Positions 37,546 to 47,697 of a stretch of DNA of 64,000 nucleotides are shown here, piece after piece (the stretch's first letter is position 1; every line of letters begins with the position of its first letter). The position numbers were made by a program, and so were the translations under genes. The notes under the pieces are model-generated. The model was given only the letters and a program-made list of their open reading frames with translations. It was not told where the DNA came from and did no database searches. Location: contig CAZUWR010000002.1 of assembly GCA_964624415.1 (NCBI GenBank), positions 12,454-76,453 of the forward strand. The letters run 5' to 3'. This DNA comes from an uncultured Bdellovibrionales bacterium (GTDB lineage: Bacteria > Patescibacteriota > Minisyncoccia > Moranbacterales > UBA1568).

Positions 37546-38144
37546 AAGAGTAAGTAAAGAACTTTGACAACTAAGGAACGGTGAGGGTATTTCCAATCAC
37601 AATTTCCCCCTATTTGTGATTGGAATTCTCTTACTGTTCAAATGATCTTATAACATAAGATCTCCCCTGACTGACCAGGGAAACATAAAACAAAAATAAA
37701 AAAATGCCCTAAGTCAGCTACCTGTGTAGTAACCTTTACGCGTTAGTATATAGATAACTGACTTAGAAGCATACCTTATAAAAAAATAAAAAATAAGGAA
37801 AAAACAAAAATAAAGAAAAAAACCAGTTCTTTTAAACAAAGGCCAAGTGCCAGAGAACGGTAAAGAGAAAAGATGTTAAAGTCAGAAAGACATCAAACAA
37901 AAAAGCATGCGCACAAATTACATGCGTAGAAAGCTTGATCATAGTATCTTAAGCTAACATATCTACTCACCCGTTGATATACCAGTAGGGATGCTATTAT
38001 CACACTACACATGTTGGCACATGCCGTCAGGCGATTCACACTGCCCAATATTATTTTATTTAAGGCGTGTCACTGAATCGCCTGACAACCAACTATTTGT
38101 CAGGTGTTGATACTTCCAAACGCTCCTTTATAAGGTGTTTTTTT
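37546..38144 (+). ncRNA. candidate ~600-nt structured non-coding RNA of unknown family
   Basis: boxA-like GAACTTTGACAAC at 37559; hairpins 37576-37639, 37644-37662, 37665-37680, 37704-37772, 38026-38086; A-rich linkers; terminator-like end 38118-38144; no ORF >=60 aa. Confidence 0.6.
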
Positions 38145-38220
38145 ATTCTCAAAATAAGCTTTTTTCCTTTATTGTGTTTACTCTACACACATTTATCATT
38201 TTCGCTTCTCAGTGTCTGAT

Positions 38221-38437
38221 TGTGGATAAAGTGTGGATAAATGGTGAGTAACTCTTCAAAAAACGTGTTTATCCTTGTGGTTACTTTCTGAGTAAGTCGC
38301 TTTCCTTCGTTTACAAGTTATCCTCTTGTTTTCAACAAACACTATCTATCCACATATTTCACAAAGCACTTCTTTTTTATACACCAAACAGTTCTCCCAT
38401 TAATCATACGTAGGAAAGAAAAAACGAGCTATCCACC
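38221..38437. other. DnaA-box cluster, probable oriC
   Basis: perfect TGTGGATAA at 38221 and 38232; near matches at 38269, 38318, 38346, 38429; AT-rich; + strand appears to change from C-rich to G-rich here. Confidence 0.7.
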
Positions 38438-38489
38438 AATTCGCATGCCTAATAGTAACCATAAAGGAAAAAATATTTATAATGCTTCT

Positions 38490-38873
38490 ATGCAGAGTTT
38501 AATTCGAAAGAAAGGAATCCTAGGAGAAACTATCGCTTGTACCTATCTTACCAAAAAGGGGTACGTGATAGTGGAAAGGAATTTCCAAAATACCAAGGGT
38601 TATAAATATGGTGAAATAGATATCATAGCGCGCTATGAAAATACGCTCGTTTTTGTTGAAGTAAAAACCCGTCTTACTCGAGAGGGGGAAACAATTCTTC
38701 CTGAAGAGAATATTTCTCCAAAAAAGTTAAAAAATATGGAGAAAATAGCCTCAACCTATATTCGAATGCAAAATATGCAAAATATCCCATACCGCTTCGA
38801 TGCCGTTTCCGTACTTTTCAATCCTCAGTCAAAAATAGCGAAAGTAAGACATTTAGAGCATATATTTTTCTAG
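38490..38873 (+). CDS. YraN family putative endonuclease
   Basis: GILGETIA, GEIDIIA, FVEVKTR, RFDAV. Confidence 0.9.
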   Translation: MQSLIRKKGILGETIACTYLTKKGYVIVERNFQNTKGYKYGEIDIIARYENTLVFVEVKTRLTREGETILPEENISPKKLKNMEKIASTYIRMQNMQNIPYRFDAVSVLFNPQSKIAKVRHLEHIFF

Positions 38874-38995
38874 ACAAAGATCGGTATTTTGGTATACTGA
38901 AGTGTATAAGGTTGGGGAAATGTGGATAATTTCTATTAACAAAAGGAATACTGGCAAATAGGAATCGATATTTGAGAGTATTTCATGTAATGTTT

Positions 38996-39349
38996 ATGGC
39001 ACTGGAACAAACGCAGTTACAGGAATTGCAGGCTCAGCTTGAAAATAAGAAAGTTCAACTTGAACAAGAATTGAATCGTATCGCGACGCCAACCGGAACC
39101 CCCGGCGAGTATAAAACCCGTTTTGAGGATTTTGGAAGAGAGGATGGCGATAGTGAAAGTGAGACACAGCAGTATGTTGACACTATCGGTGTGGAAGATA
39201 CGCTTGAACAGCAATTGGCTGCTGTGACAGATGCTTTGATGCGTATTCAGGATGGATCCTACGGAAAATGCGGGAAATGCGGTATGGATATTGATCCCGA
39301 ACGGCTTCGCGCCTACCCTGCGGCAAAAATGTGCATACAACATGCTTAA
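38996..39349 (+). CDS. TraR/DksA zinc-finger protein
   Basis: ALMRIQDGSYGKCGKCG...ERLRAYPAAKMC. Confidence 0.88.
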   Translation: MALEQTQLQELQAQLENKKVQLEQELNRIATPTGTPGEYKTRFEDFGREDGDSESETQQYVDTIGVEDTLEQQLAAVTDALMRIQDGSYGKCGKCGMDIDPERLRAYPAAKMCIQHA

Positions 39350-39749
39350 AGGAAAGCAAAAATACGCTGCTTGGTGTATCGGTGGGGGTTTGTTTATTAT
39401 TGATCGCATAATGAAGACTTTTTTCATTATGCGATTTGCTGTATGTAATACAGGTGTAGCCTTCAGTATAGCCATACCTGGAACTATACTCCTTATAGTG
39501 AATGTGTTTTTCATACTAGGTATTCTTTTGTGGTATATAAGGACACCGTATGTGAAGAGCGCGCTTATTAACCGGGGTATGGCGTGTCTTGTCGGGGGTG
39601 CCGTATCGAATATGATCGATCGCCTATGGTATGGGTGTGTGGTGGATTATCTGTATGTTTTTCTTGATTTCATATGGTTCAATATCGCTGATATAGCTAT
39701 CGTATGCGGTGGAGCGCTGATTATAATGGAATGTTTTAGAAAAAAATAG
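39342..39749 (+). CDS. lspA: lipoprotein signal peptidase II
   Basis: NTGVAFS, GAVSNMIDR, VVDY, FNIAD. Confidence 0.9.
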   Translation: MLKGKQKYAAWCIGGGLFIIDRIMKTFFIMRFAVCNTGVAFSIAIPGTILLIVNVFFILGILLWYIRTPYVKSALINRGMACLVGGAVSNMIDRLWYGCVVDYLYVFLDFIWFNIADIAIVCGGALIIMECFRKK

Positions 39750-39812
39750 ACACTGGTTTAAATAAAATCAGAGTATCGTGTATACTGGAAAGAGATTTTT
39801 GATTTTTTGTTT

Positions 39813-41339
39813 ATGCCAGCAAAAATATTTTCAGCAGCAGTACTTGGATTGGAAGGGGAAGTGGTTGAAGTAGAGGTGGATGTATTGGGTTCCGGATTGC
39901 ATCGATTCACCCTTGTCGGTTTGCCTGATACCGCTATCAAAGAATCTCGTGATCGCGTGAGTTCGGCTATAAAAAATAGCGGACTAAAACCACCGCATCA
40001 TTGCGGGAGGATCACGGTTAATTTAGCGCCGGCTGATCTGCCGAAAAACAGCCCCCTGTATGATGTGCCGATAGCACTTTCTTTTCTTGTGGCTACCGAA
40101 CAATTGAAATTCGATGTCCATAAAAAAATGTTTCTTGGAGAGCTTGCCTTGGATGGGCGCATCCGCCCGATTCATGGAGCGCTTCCCATCGCTCTTTTAG
40201 CGAAAAAAGCCGGTTTTGAGGAGGTGTATGTTCCGGAGGATAATGCGCAAGAAGCTGCTCTAGCAGGAGAGATTAAGATATTTCCCATAAAGACGCTTAC
40301 GCAAGTGATCAAACACTTGCAAGGGATGGATCGTATCGAGCAAGTTGCTTTTGATGAAAGTCAGCGTATTTTCGATGAACAAATACATCTATTTGACATG
40401 AAACACGTGCATGGGCAAGAACATGCCAAGCGAGCACTGGAAATCGCGGCGGCGGGAGGGCATAATGTGCTACTGAGCGGTCCTCCGGGATCAGGAAAAA
40501 CCCTTCTCGCCAAAACGCTCCCGTCGATTTTACCCAAACTGGTGTTTGAGGAAAGTCTTGAGATAACGAAAATATTTTCCGTATCAGGCCAACTTTCCAA
40601 ACACAATAGGCTTATAACGCAGCGTCCCTTTCGTTCCCCGCATCACAGTGCGAGTGCCGTGTCACTTGTTGGTGGTGGTTCGATTCCTCGTCCCGGGGAG
40701 ATTAGTTTGTCTCATCGCGGGGTCTTATTTTTGGATGAATTCGGCGAATTTTCAAAAACTATTTTGGAAAATCTGCGCCAACCGCTCGAAGATGGGTACA
40801 TTACGGTAACGAGGGCGAAAGGAGCTATCCGATTCCCGGCACGATTTATGCTTATCGCGGCTATGAATCCCTGCCCTTGCGGCAATGCTTCCGATCCGGA
40901 GAAGATGTGTTCTTGTTCTCACCAGCAGCTTGAAAAGTACAAACAAAGGATATCCGGTCCCATACTTGATCGTATCGATTTGCATATCGAGGTTCCTCGC
41001 GTGCCATTTCATAAACTTGAATCTTCACAGGTATCGGAATCAAGCACTGCTATCCGAAAACGAGTCGAAATCGCTCGTGTCATACAACGGAATCGTTTCA
41101 ATAAGTCAGATATTCTGACGAATAGTGAGATGACCGCTAAGCATATAAAGCAGCACTGTCTTTTAGATGCGCCAAGTATGGAATTATTGCGCCAAGCGGT
41201 TTCTACATTTCATATGAGCGCTCGAGGATATCACCGGCTTATCAAGGTAGCACGGACCATTGCTGATTTGGAGGGTACTGATGCTATCAGCGCGCAGCAT
41301 ATCGGTGAAGCGATTCAGTATCGATTTCGTACCGAGTAG
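39813..41339 (+). CDS. comM: YifB/ComM Mg-chelatase-like AAA ATPase
   Basis: VGLPD, NLAPADL, GPPGSGKT, PFRSPHH, FLDEF. Confidence 0.93.
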   Translation: MPAKIFSAAVLGLEGEVVEVEVDVLGSGLHRFTLVGLPDTAIKESRDRVSSAIKNSGLKPPHHCGRITVNLAPADLPKNSPLYDVPIALSFLVATEQLKFDVHKKMFLGELALDGRIRPIHGALPIALLAKKAGFEEVYVPEDNAQEAALAGEIKIFPIKTLTQVIKHLQGMDRIEQVAFDESQRIFDEQIHLFDMKHVHGQEHAKRALEIAAAGGHNVLLSGPPGSGKTLLAKTLPSILPKLVFEESLEITKIFSVSGQLSKHNRLITQRPFRSPHHSASAVSLVGGGSIPRPGEISLSHRGVLFLDEFGEFSKTILENLRQPLEDGYITVTRAKGAIRFPARFMLIAAMNPCPCGNASDPEKMCSCSHQQLEKYKQRISGPILDRIDLHIEVPRVPFHKLESSQVSESSTAIRKRVEIARVIQRNRFNKSDILTNSEMTAKHIKQHCLLDAPSMELLRQAVSTFHMSARGYHRLIKVARTIADLEGTDAISAQHIGEAIQYRFRTE

Positions 41340-41404
41340 TGATTTTTAGAGCGAAACACGCTATACTTAGAACCTATCGACAGGCTCTAAGAATTGCTCG
41401 ATAG

Positions 41405-42379
41405 ATGAGAAGTGCTACTATGAAACGATTGTTGTTTATAGCGATACTTGTAGTGATAGGAGTGGGATTGTGGCGAGGGTTATCGATGCCTGGCAGTTTT
41501 TGGTATGAGCAGCGGGTATGGATGCCAAAAGACCCTGAAAAAGCGTTGCGCGTGACACTAGATGATGAAGGATACATATTTGAGATAATGACGCATGCGC
41601 GTACGGTGAGCGACTTTTTAAAGGAACAACACATAGCGATAGCCGATACAGATACTCTGTCTGCATCAAAAAATGATCCGCTTTACGAAAACAAAATAAT
41701 ACGCATTCAACGTGCCAAGCATATAATCTTAACTATTGGTGGTGAAAAGCGATCGATAACGACATACCAGACCGATACGGAGAAAATGCTGATTGAGAAC
41801 GGTATTTTTCTCGGGAATGATGATATATTGCTTCCGAAAAAGAGTGGGATAGTGGTGGATGGAGGCAATCTTTCGGTTATACGAGTTGATATTACGGAAC
41901 AGATAGTTGATAAGCCGATTGCCTTTACGAAAACCGAGGAAGAAGATGCAACGCTAAGTTTCAGGAAAACGAAAGTGTTGCAGAAAGGGGAGGATGGCGT
42001 GAAACGATTGACGTATAGGATCATATCGCACGATGGCAAGGAGATTGATCGCACTATGACAAAGCAAGAAGTGATAAAGGATCCTGTTATGGAAAAGACA
42101 GTACAAGGAACCTATGTGGAGGTAGGAAAGGCACATACCGGACTGGGAACATGGTATGCATTCACAGGGACGATGGCTGCGGCTAGTCCCTGGCTTCCAA
42201 TGGGAAGCTATGTAAAAGTCACGAATCAAAATAACGGTAAAACGGTTATCGTAAAAATAAATGATCGCGGACCGTTCGGGAAGAATCGTATTCTTGATCT
42301 CGATAAAGTCGCTTTCGCTAAAATAGCTTCTATTGGAGCCGGTATCATACCGCTTAAAGTAGAGGAAATTACAAATTAG
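41405..42379 (+). CDS. DUF348 + G5 + RlpA-like DPBB cell-wall protein
   Basis: TVSDFL, QKGEDG, KINDRGPFGKNRILDL. Confidence 0.85.
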   Translation: MRSATMKRLLFIAILVVIGVGLWRGLSMPGSFWYEQRVWMPKDPEKALRVTLDDEGYIFEIMTHARTVSDFLKEQHIAIADTDTLSASKNDPLYENKIIRIQRAKHIILTIGGEKRSITTYQTDTEKMLIENGIFLGNDDILLPKKSGIVVDGGNLSVIRVDITEQIVDKPIAFTKTEEEDATLSFRKTKVLQKGEDGVKRLTYRIISHDGKEIDRTMTKQEVIKDPVMEKTVQGTYVEVGKAHTGLGTWYAFTGTMAAASPWLPMGSYVKVTNQNNGKTVIVKINDRGPFGKNRILDLDKVAFAKIASIGAGIIPLKVEEITN

Positions 42380-42526
42380 AGGAGTTATCCATTATTGTGG
42401 ATAACATTGTATAGATTGTGTATAACTTTATGCATACAGAAGAAACAAAAAAGTAGCGTTCATTGCTTTGATAGGGGTTTATCTGTATAGTAAAGATAAA
42501 CGATTTATATGTTTTTTATTTTCCCT

Positions 42527-43333
42527 ATGGCTATACAGGCTAAAAAACAACTCGGACAAAACTTTTTGAAAGATGATGCGGTACTTGATCGAATCGTGGA
42601 AGCAGCATCGCTTCAAAAAAGCGATGTAGTGGTGGAAATAGGTCCGGGTACAGGCGCTTTGACGCGAGTGCTTTCAGCGCAGGCTAAAAAAGTTGTTGCA
42701 TTGGAGGTGGATACCGATTTGATGCCCACACTCTTGAAACAATTCCCGCTTTCCGGTAATGTATCGATTATCGAACAAGATATCCTGACGGCAGATGTGG
42801 CGGATATACTGCGAAAACAAGACGTAGCAGAAGGAGATAACTATAAAGTGGTAGCGAATATTCCGTATTATATTACCGCACCTATTATCCAGCGTCTTTT
42901 GGAGCTCCCTATGCCACCTAAGTGTATCGTGTTGATGATACAAAAAGAGGTGGCAGAGCGTATTACGGCCAAAGTCGGCGCTCTGAGTATTTTAGCGGTT
43001 TCGGTGCAGTATTACGCCGACCCAGAACTGCTTTTTATGGTGTCGAAAACAGCCTTTGATCCGGTTCCGAAGGTGGATAGTGCGGTAGTGCGGCTTATAC
43101 CGAAGCGCATTTTCAATAAGGATACGGACAAACTCTTTTTCCGTTATGTGAAAGCCGGGTTTTCTTCGCGTCGCAAAACACTGGTCAATAATCTATCATC
43201 CGGGTTTCATATATCAAAAGAAATCGTAGCGGAAAAACTTACGCGTATAGGAATTGATGTGAATATTCGCGCCCAAGCACTTTCTATTGACGATTGGAAG
43301 CGAGTAGTTGAGATTATGACACCACTTGTATAA
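42527..43333 (+). CDS. rsmA: 16S rRNA dimethyladenosine methyltransferase
   Basis: LGQNFL, EIGPGTG, ANIPYYIT, PVPKVDS. Confidence 0.96.
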   Translation: MAIQAKKQLGQNFLKDDAVLDRIVEAASLQKSDVVVEIGPGTGALTRVLSAQAKKVVALEVDTDLMPTLLKQFPLSGNVSIIEQDILTADVADILRKQDVAEGDNYKVVANIPYYITAPIIQRLLELPMPPKCIVLMIQKEVAERITAKVGALSILAVSVQYYADPELLFMVSKTAFDPVPKVDSAVVRLIPKRIFNKDTDKLFFRYVKAGFSSRRKTLVNNLSSGFHISKEIVAEKLTRIGIDVNIRAQALSIDDWKRVVEIMTPLV

Positions 43334-44957
43334 GTATCAGCATATACAGCGTGATGATGCCCAGGAGCCATCCCGGAAGCTTTCGGTAGGAAAGCCACTT
43401 TTTTTCACTTAATTGTGAAAGCATAAGTATCCAAAAAGAAGCGCTTCCTCCTATAAGTGCCCATATAATCAGCTTTGATTCATGAAAAATAATTACGCTA
43501 AGGATATAGGAGAGAAAAATACCGCTACCGATAATAACTTTCCCCCACTGTTCACCGAAAAGAACGGGAATAGTGTATACGTGATCGGCTTTGTCACCGA
43601 CAATATCTTTGAAATCTTTTAATGGGAGCGATACCATAAGGATAAAAAGGAAAAAAGCGATGAAGGATCCCGGAAGTTTGGCTATAGTGCCATCGGGTGA
43701 TACAAGAACAAAGCCTATGACGAGAATAAGGACGCTGGCAATAGCTGACCACAGTGTTGCAAGAAGAGGAAATCGTTTGATACGCAGCGGCCAAGCGGAG
43801 TACATCCAAGCCAAGGCTTGATAAGCGAGAAGTAGGAGCATGCTTTTGAAGCTTACTAATCCTGCAAATACCAGGGATAGTAAGAAAAAGGTTATACCCA
43901 AAGACTTGTATTCTTCGAGAGAAAAGGATTTTTGAGGGAGTGGCCGATAAGTATTGGTCATGTTGTCGATATTTTGGTCGAACAAGTCATTAGCAATAAC
44001 TGAAGCGAGCCAGGCGCAACCGATAGCGATGAGCAGATTGATAATTCCGAGTACATTGAAGAGATTAAGTGTGAGCGCCGCATCTGCAAATTTGAGAGCT
44101 AGGCCGATACCGATGAAAAAAAGGCCGCCATGATAGCAAATTTGCGGGATGCGAGCATTGTGGACAAGCGCGAAGAATTGTTTCGGGAAGTATCGCCAGA
44201 GATAGAAGGTTGCAAGAAAAATGCTAAGCGGTGCATAAATGAGGCTCATTTTTATATTGAGCGCGCTAATGAATTCAAAATGAGCCTGGGTGAATAGTGT
44301 GGGTGGCGAGAGGAAAAGTTGCGCGGTATCGATGTCATTGATAAGAAAAATACTTTTCTGGAATCCAAGTAGCAGGAAACTTAGCCAAGAAGGGAATGTT
44401 CCCAAAATAAAGAGTGTGCTGTAAACGCAAACACTTGATAGAGTCGCGCGGAGCAAGGATTTTGTTTTCAAATAGGTGTATACGCCAACAAAGAGAGTGG
44501 TGATGACGACTTCGATGCGTACGCCATAAGTAATGCCCATATCAGGACGGTCGCCGAAAAGGGTGATATATCGATGTCCTAATCCCGAAAGACTGTCGAA
44601 TTTATAAAAACTCCAAAGATGAGCGCCATGAGTGATCCAGGTGTCCAGCAGTGGCGGTGTGAGAATAATCAAGAAACCGAAAAGAAGCAATGATGAGGAT
44701 TTCGTAAGGGATACTTTCCAAAAAAACGCTACCAATGGCCATAAAAGAAGAAATGAAAAGAGGAAAAAGAAGAAGGTATGCGTGAATTCGTAGAATAAAA
44801 ACTGTAGTGAGCGGGTTTCGAAGTCTCCTAACCAAAATTCGATCATAAGTCGCCCGAGGATAAGCGTTGCAAATGACGATAACCATAAAGCAAAGCTTGA
44901 AGGCGTCTCCTCAAGGGAGGTTACAAATTTTTTTGTTAGAGAGAGAAGGCTTTTCAT
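43314..44957 (-). CDS. UbiA-family prenyltransferase with extra N-terminal membrane domain
   Basis: NDLFDQNID...RPLP and KDFKDIVGD Asp-rich motifs in the C-terminal half. Confidence 0.8.
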   Translation of the reverse strand: MKSLLSLTKKFVTSLEETPSSFALWLSSFATLILGRLMIEFWLGDFETRSLQFLFYEFTHTFFFFLFSFLLLWPLVAFFWKVSLTKSSSLLLFGFLIILTPPLLDTWITHGAHLWSFYKFDSLSGLGHRYITLFGDRPDMGITYGVRIEVVITTLFVGVYTYLKTKSLLRATLSSVCVYSTLFILGTFPSWLSFLLLGFQKSIFLINDIDTAQLFLSPPTLFTQAHFEFISALNIKMSLIYAPLSIFLATFYLWRYFPKQFFALVHNARIPQICYHGGLFFIGIGLALKFADAALTLNLFNVLGIINLLIAIGCAWLASVIANDLFDQNIDNMTNTYRPLPQKSFSLEEYKSLGITFFLLSLVFAGLVSFKSMLLLLAYQALAWMYSAWPLRIKRFPLLATLWSAIASVLILVIGFVLVSPDGTIAKLPGSFIAFFLFILMVSLPLKDFKDIVGDKADHVYTIPVLFGEQWGKVIIGSGIFLSYILSVIIFHESKLIIWALIGGSASFWILMLSQLSEKKWLSYRKLPGWLLGIITLYMLILIQVVS

Positions 44958-45006
44958 ACGTATAGTGTATCATAGGATGAAAGATGTGTGCTACAATACT
45001 GAGGCT

Positions 45007-47205
45007 ATGAGTGATTTTTTGGAGCGAGAACTCAATCCCGAGCAGGTACGGGCTATGAAGGCGACGGATGGACCGGTGCTTATTTTAGCTGGTGCTGGAT
45101 CAGGAAAGACCAAGACGCTGACGCATAGGTTGGCGTATTTGATGTATGAAAAAAACGTGCCCCCTTCTCATATACTCGCGGTTACCTTTACCAATAAGGC
45201 TTCCCAGGAGATGAAGGAGCGCATCGCGCACTTGCTTTCACGTATGCGGAGCGAGAATGGTACGGAGCAAACCTATCGATCAGCGCTGCCGCATATTGGT
45301 ACCTTCCACAATATCTGCGCCAAGATACTGCGACAGGAAATTGAAATACTGGGCTATGGCAAGAACTTCAATATTTCGGATGACCAGGATCAGTTGTCGT
45401 TGATGAAGAAGGTGATGAAGTCGCAAAACATCAGCACGGAGCAGATTGCGCCGCGTTCGATACTGAGCGCTCTATCCAAGGCCAAGAATGAATTGTTGGA
45501 TGAAGAGCAGTTTGCCGCACAAGCCGGAAGCTATTATGAGGAGATGGTCGCTAAAGCCTATCGGCAGTACCAGCAGGAACTGCGCAAATCAAATATGCTC
45601 GACTTTGATGACCTTATTTTTCTGACCGTCAGATTACTTCGGGATCACGTCTCTATTCTTGAAAAGTATCAAAACCAATTCCGCTATATTATGGTGGATG
45701 AATACCAAGATACGAATCATTCGCAATATACACTCATCACATTGCTTGCGAAGAAACATCGTAACCTGTTTGTTATCGGGGATGACTACCAATCAATTTA
45801 TGGATGGCGGCAGGCGGATATCCGCAATATCTTGGATTTCGAAAAAGATTATCCTGATGCCAAAATTATCACCCTCGATCGGAACTATCGCTCTACACAG
45901 ATTATCCTCGATGCTGCAGGAAGCGTTATTGCGCGCAATGAGAATCAGCGACATAAGAAAATGTGGACGGAAATAACGGAAGGCGAAACCATAACGGTTT
46001 TTTCGGCTCGGGATGAGCGGGAAGAAGCGGAGTATGTAGTGCAGGAAGTCGTCCGGCAAGCATCTGCACAAAATCGGCCGATGTCTGATTTCGCCGTGTT
46101 GTATAGGACAAATGCACAATCGCGTATGATGGAAGAGGCTTTCTTGCGGGCATCGCTTCCATATCGCGTGGTCGGCGGTATCAAGTTTTACCAGCGCAAG
46201 GAAATCAAGGATATTATCGCCTATCTTCGTTTGACCAAAAACCCTCTGGATAACTTGGCACTGGAACGGATTATCAATGAACCGAAAAGAAGTATCGGTA
46301 AGGCGACGCTGGAAAAATGGTTGAAATCGGCTCAGAACGAGGGGAAAGGCATGCTTGAGGCAGGATATGCACTGACAGCCGAGACGAGCGGTTTAAGGGA
46401 GGTGAAAATACGGTCGATACACGATTTTTGCGAATTGATGAGCAGTTTTCGGGAATCGATCGAATCGTCGAAATCACTTTTTCATCTTATCGGGCATATT
46501 TTGAAAAAAAGCGGCTACTTGAAAAGCTTGGATGACAAGACGAGCGAGGGTGAAACACGCCAGGAAAATGTGCGGGAGCTTTTGAGTGTGGCGAAAAAAT
46601 ACGATGAATACGAGACTGGAGAAGCGCTCCAGCTTTTCCTAGAAGAAGTGACATTGGCTTCGGATACCGATTCTATCGATAGAAGCCTTCCAACCATACA
46701 CCTTATGACCATACACAGCTCCAAGGGACTTGAGTTTCCGGTTATTTTCGTTATCGGTCTTGAGGAAGGGATTTTCCCGCATTCAAGAAGCGCGTTTTCT
46801 CCGCATGAATTGGAAGAAGAGAGACGATTGATGTATGTGGCATTGACCCGCGCCAAACAGAAGGTTTATCTACTTTTCGCTGATCAGCGGACGATTTTCG
46901 GATCGACACAAATCAACCCGACATCGCGCTTTGTGGGTGAAATACCCGAGCATCTCGTGAAGGAGGAACGTTTGAAACGGACCGATATGACGGTAACGGC
47001 TTTTACGGAAGAGCAATTTAAAAGAAAACCAAAGATAAAGCTTTTTTCCAAATCGGATGCGTTTCGTCCCGGGGATTCCGTGAAACACCCGGACTTCGGA
47101 CAAGGACTGATTGTCACACTGGCGAATGATATTGCCACTATCGCTTTCAAAAAGAAGGGGTTGAAGAAAATCAATATTTCTTTGGCGTCGCTGGAGAAGG
47201 TGTGA
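45007..47205 (+). CDS. pcrA: ATP-dependent DNA helicase PcrA/UvrD
   Basis: AGAGSGKT, VDEYQDTN, HSSKGLEF, EERRLMYVALTRA. Confidence 0.95.
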   Translation: MSDFLERELNPEQVRAMKATDGPVLILAGAGSGKTKTLTHRLAYLMYEKNVPPSHILAVTFTNKASQEMKERIAHLLSRMRSENGTEQTYRSALPHIGTFHNICAKILRQEIEILGYGKNFNISDDQDQLSLMKKVMKSQNISTEQIAPRSILSALSKAKNELLDEEQFAAQAGSYYEEMVAKAYRQYQQELRKSNMLDFDDLIFLTVRLLRDHVSILEKYQNQFRYIMVDEYQDTNHSQYTLITLLAKKHRNLFVIGDDYQSIYGWRQADIRNILDFEKDYPDAKIITLDRNYRSTQIILDAAGSVIARNENQRHKKMWTEITEGETITVFSARDEREEAEYVVQEVVRQASAQNRPMSDFAVLYRTNAQSRMMEEAFLRASLPYRVVGGIKFYQRKEIKDIIAYLRLTKNPLDNLALERIINEPKRSIGKATLEKWLKSAQNEGKGMLEAGYALTAETSGLREVKIRSIHDFCELMSSFRESIESSKSLFHLIGHILKKSGYLKSLDDKTSEGETRQENVRELLSVAKKYDEYETGEALQLFLEEVTLASDTDSIDRSLPTIHLMTIHSSKGLEFPVIFVIGLEEGIFPHSRSAFSPHELEEERRLMYVALTRAKQKVYLLFADQRTIFGSTQINPTSRFVGEIPEHLVKEERLKRTDMTVTAFTEEQFKRKPKIKLFSKSDAFRPGDSVKHPDFGQGLIVTLANDIATIAFKKKGLKKINISLASLEKV

Positions 47206-47284
47206 GCACTATAGATGCAAAAAACTTGCGCCCACATATAATACGTATATACTAAATGTAGAGTGTGTATAAATAAGTCATTCT

Positions 47285-47692
47285 ATGAAAAATATGGAAT
47301 ATGTAACGCCATCACAATTAACTGAAAGGCCGAGAAATGCTTCTCATGAGAATCAAGAAAAGCCTGATTTTGGCATTGTGAAAAGTATGCTTATGGAAAA
47401 ATTATCCAGTGATACACAAAAAACTGCTGAAATTCTCAAAAGTTTAGATGAAGAACTTAATCAGCAAGGGCTTAATATTAAAACTTTTTGCGATTTATTT
47501 GGTGCTGCCAGTGATAATGATAAAAATACTATTTTGGAAAAGTTAATGACACTTAAACAACCCGATTTTAGTGGAAACTTTGAAGATATAAAAATTGTAC
47601 GAAAAAAAACAAAAGATACCGTTCAAGAAATAGATAGTATCTTGGATGCTGTCTTGGAAAAAATACGAAGCACGAACAATAGGATTCATTAG
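47285..47692 (+). CDS. hypothetical protein
   Basis: 135-aa AT-rich ORF. Confidence 0.55.
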   Translation: MKNMEYVTPSQLTERPRNASHENQEKPDFGIVKSMLMEKLSSDTQKTAEILKSLDEELNQQGLNIKTFCDLFGAASDNDKNTILEKLMTLKQPDFSGNFEDIKIVRKKTKDTVQEIDSILDAVLEKIRSTNNRIH

Positions 47693-47697
47693 TGAGT

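Noticed and set aside
37546-38144. Structured RNA as RNase P RNA, tmRNA, SRP RNA or rRNA fragment
   Set aside because: Lacks GAGGAAAGUCC, tRNA-like ends/tag peptide, SRP core and rRNA conserved blocks; an 18-codon ORF at 37873 has no convincing SD
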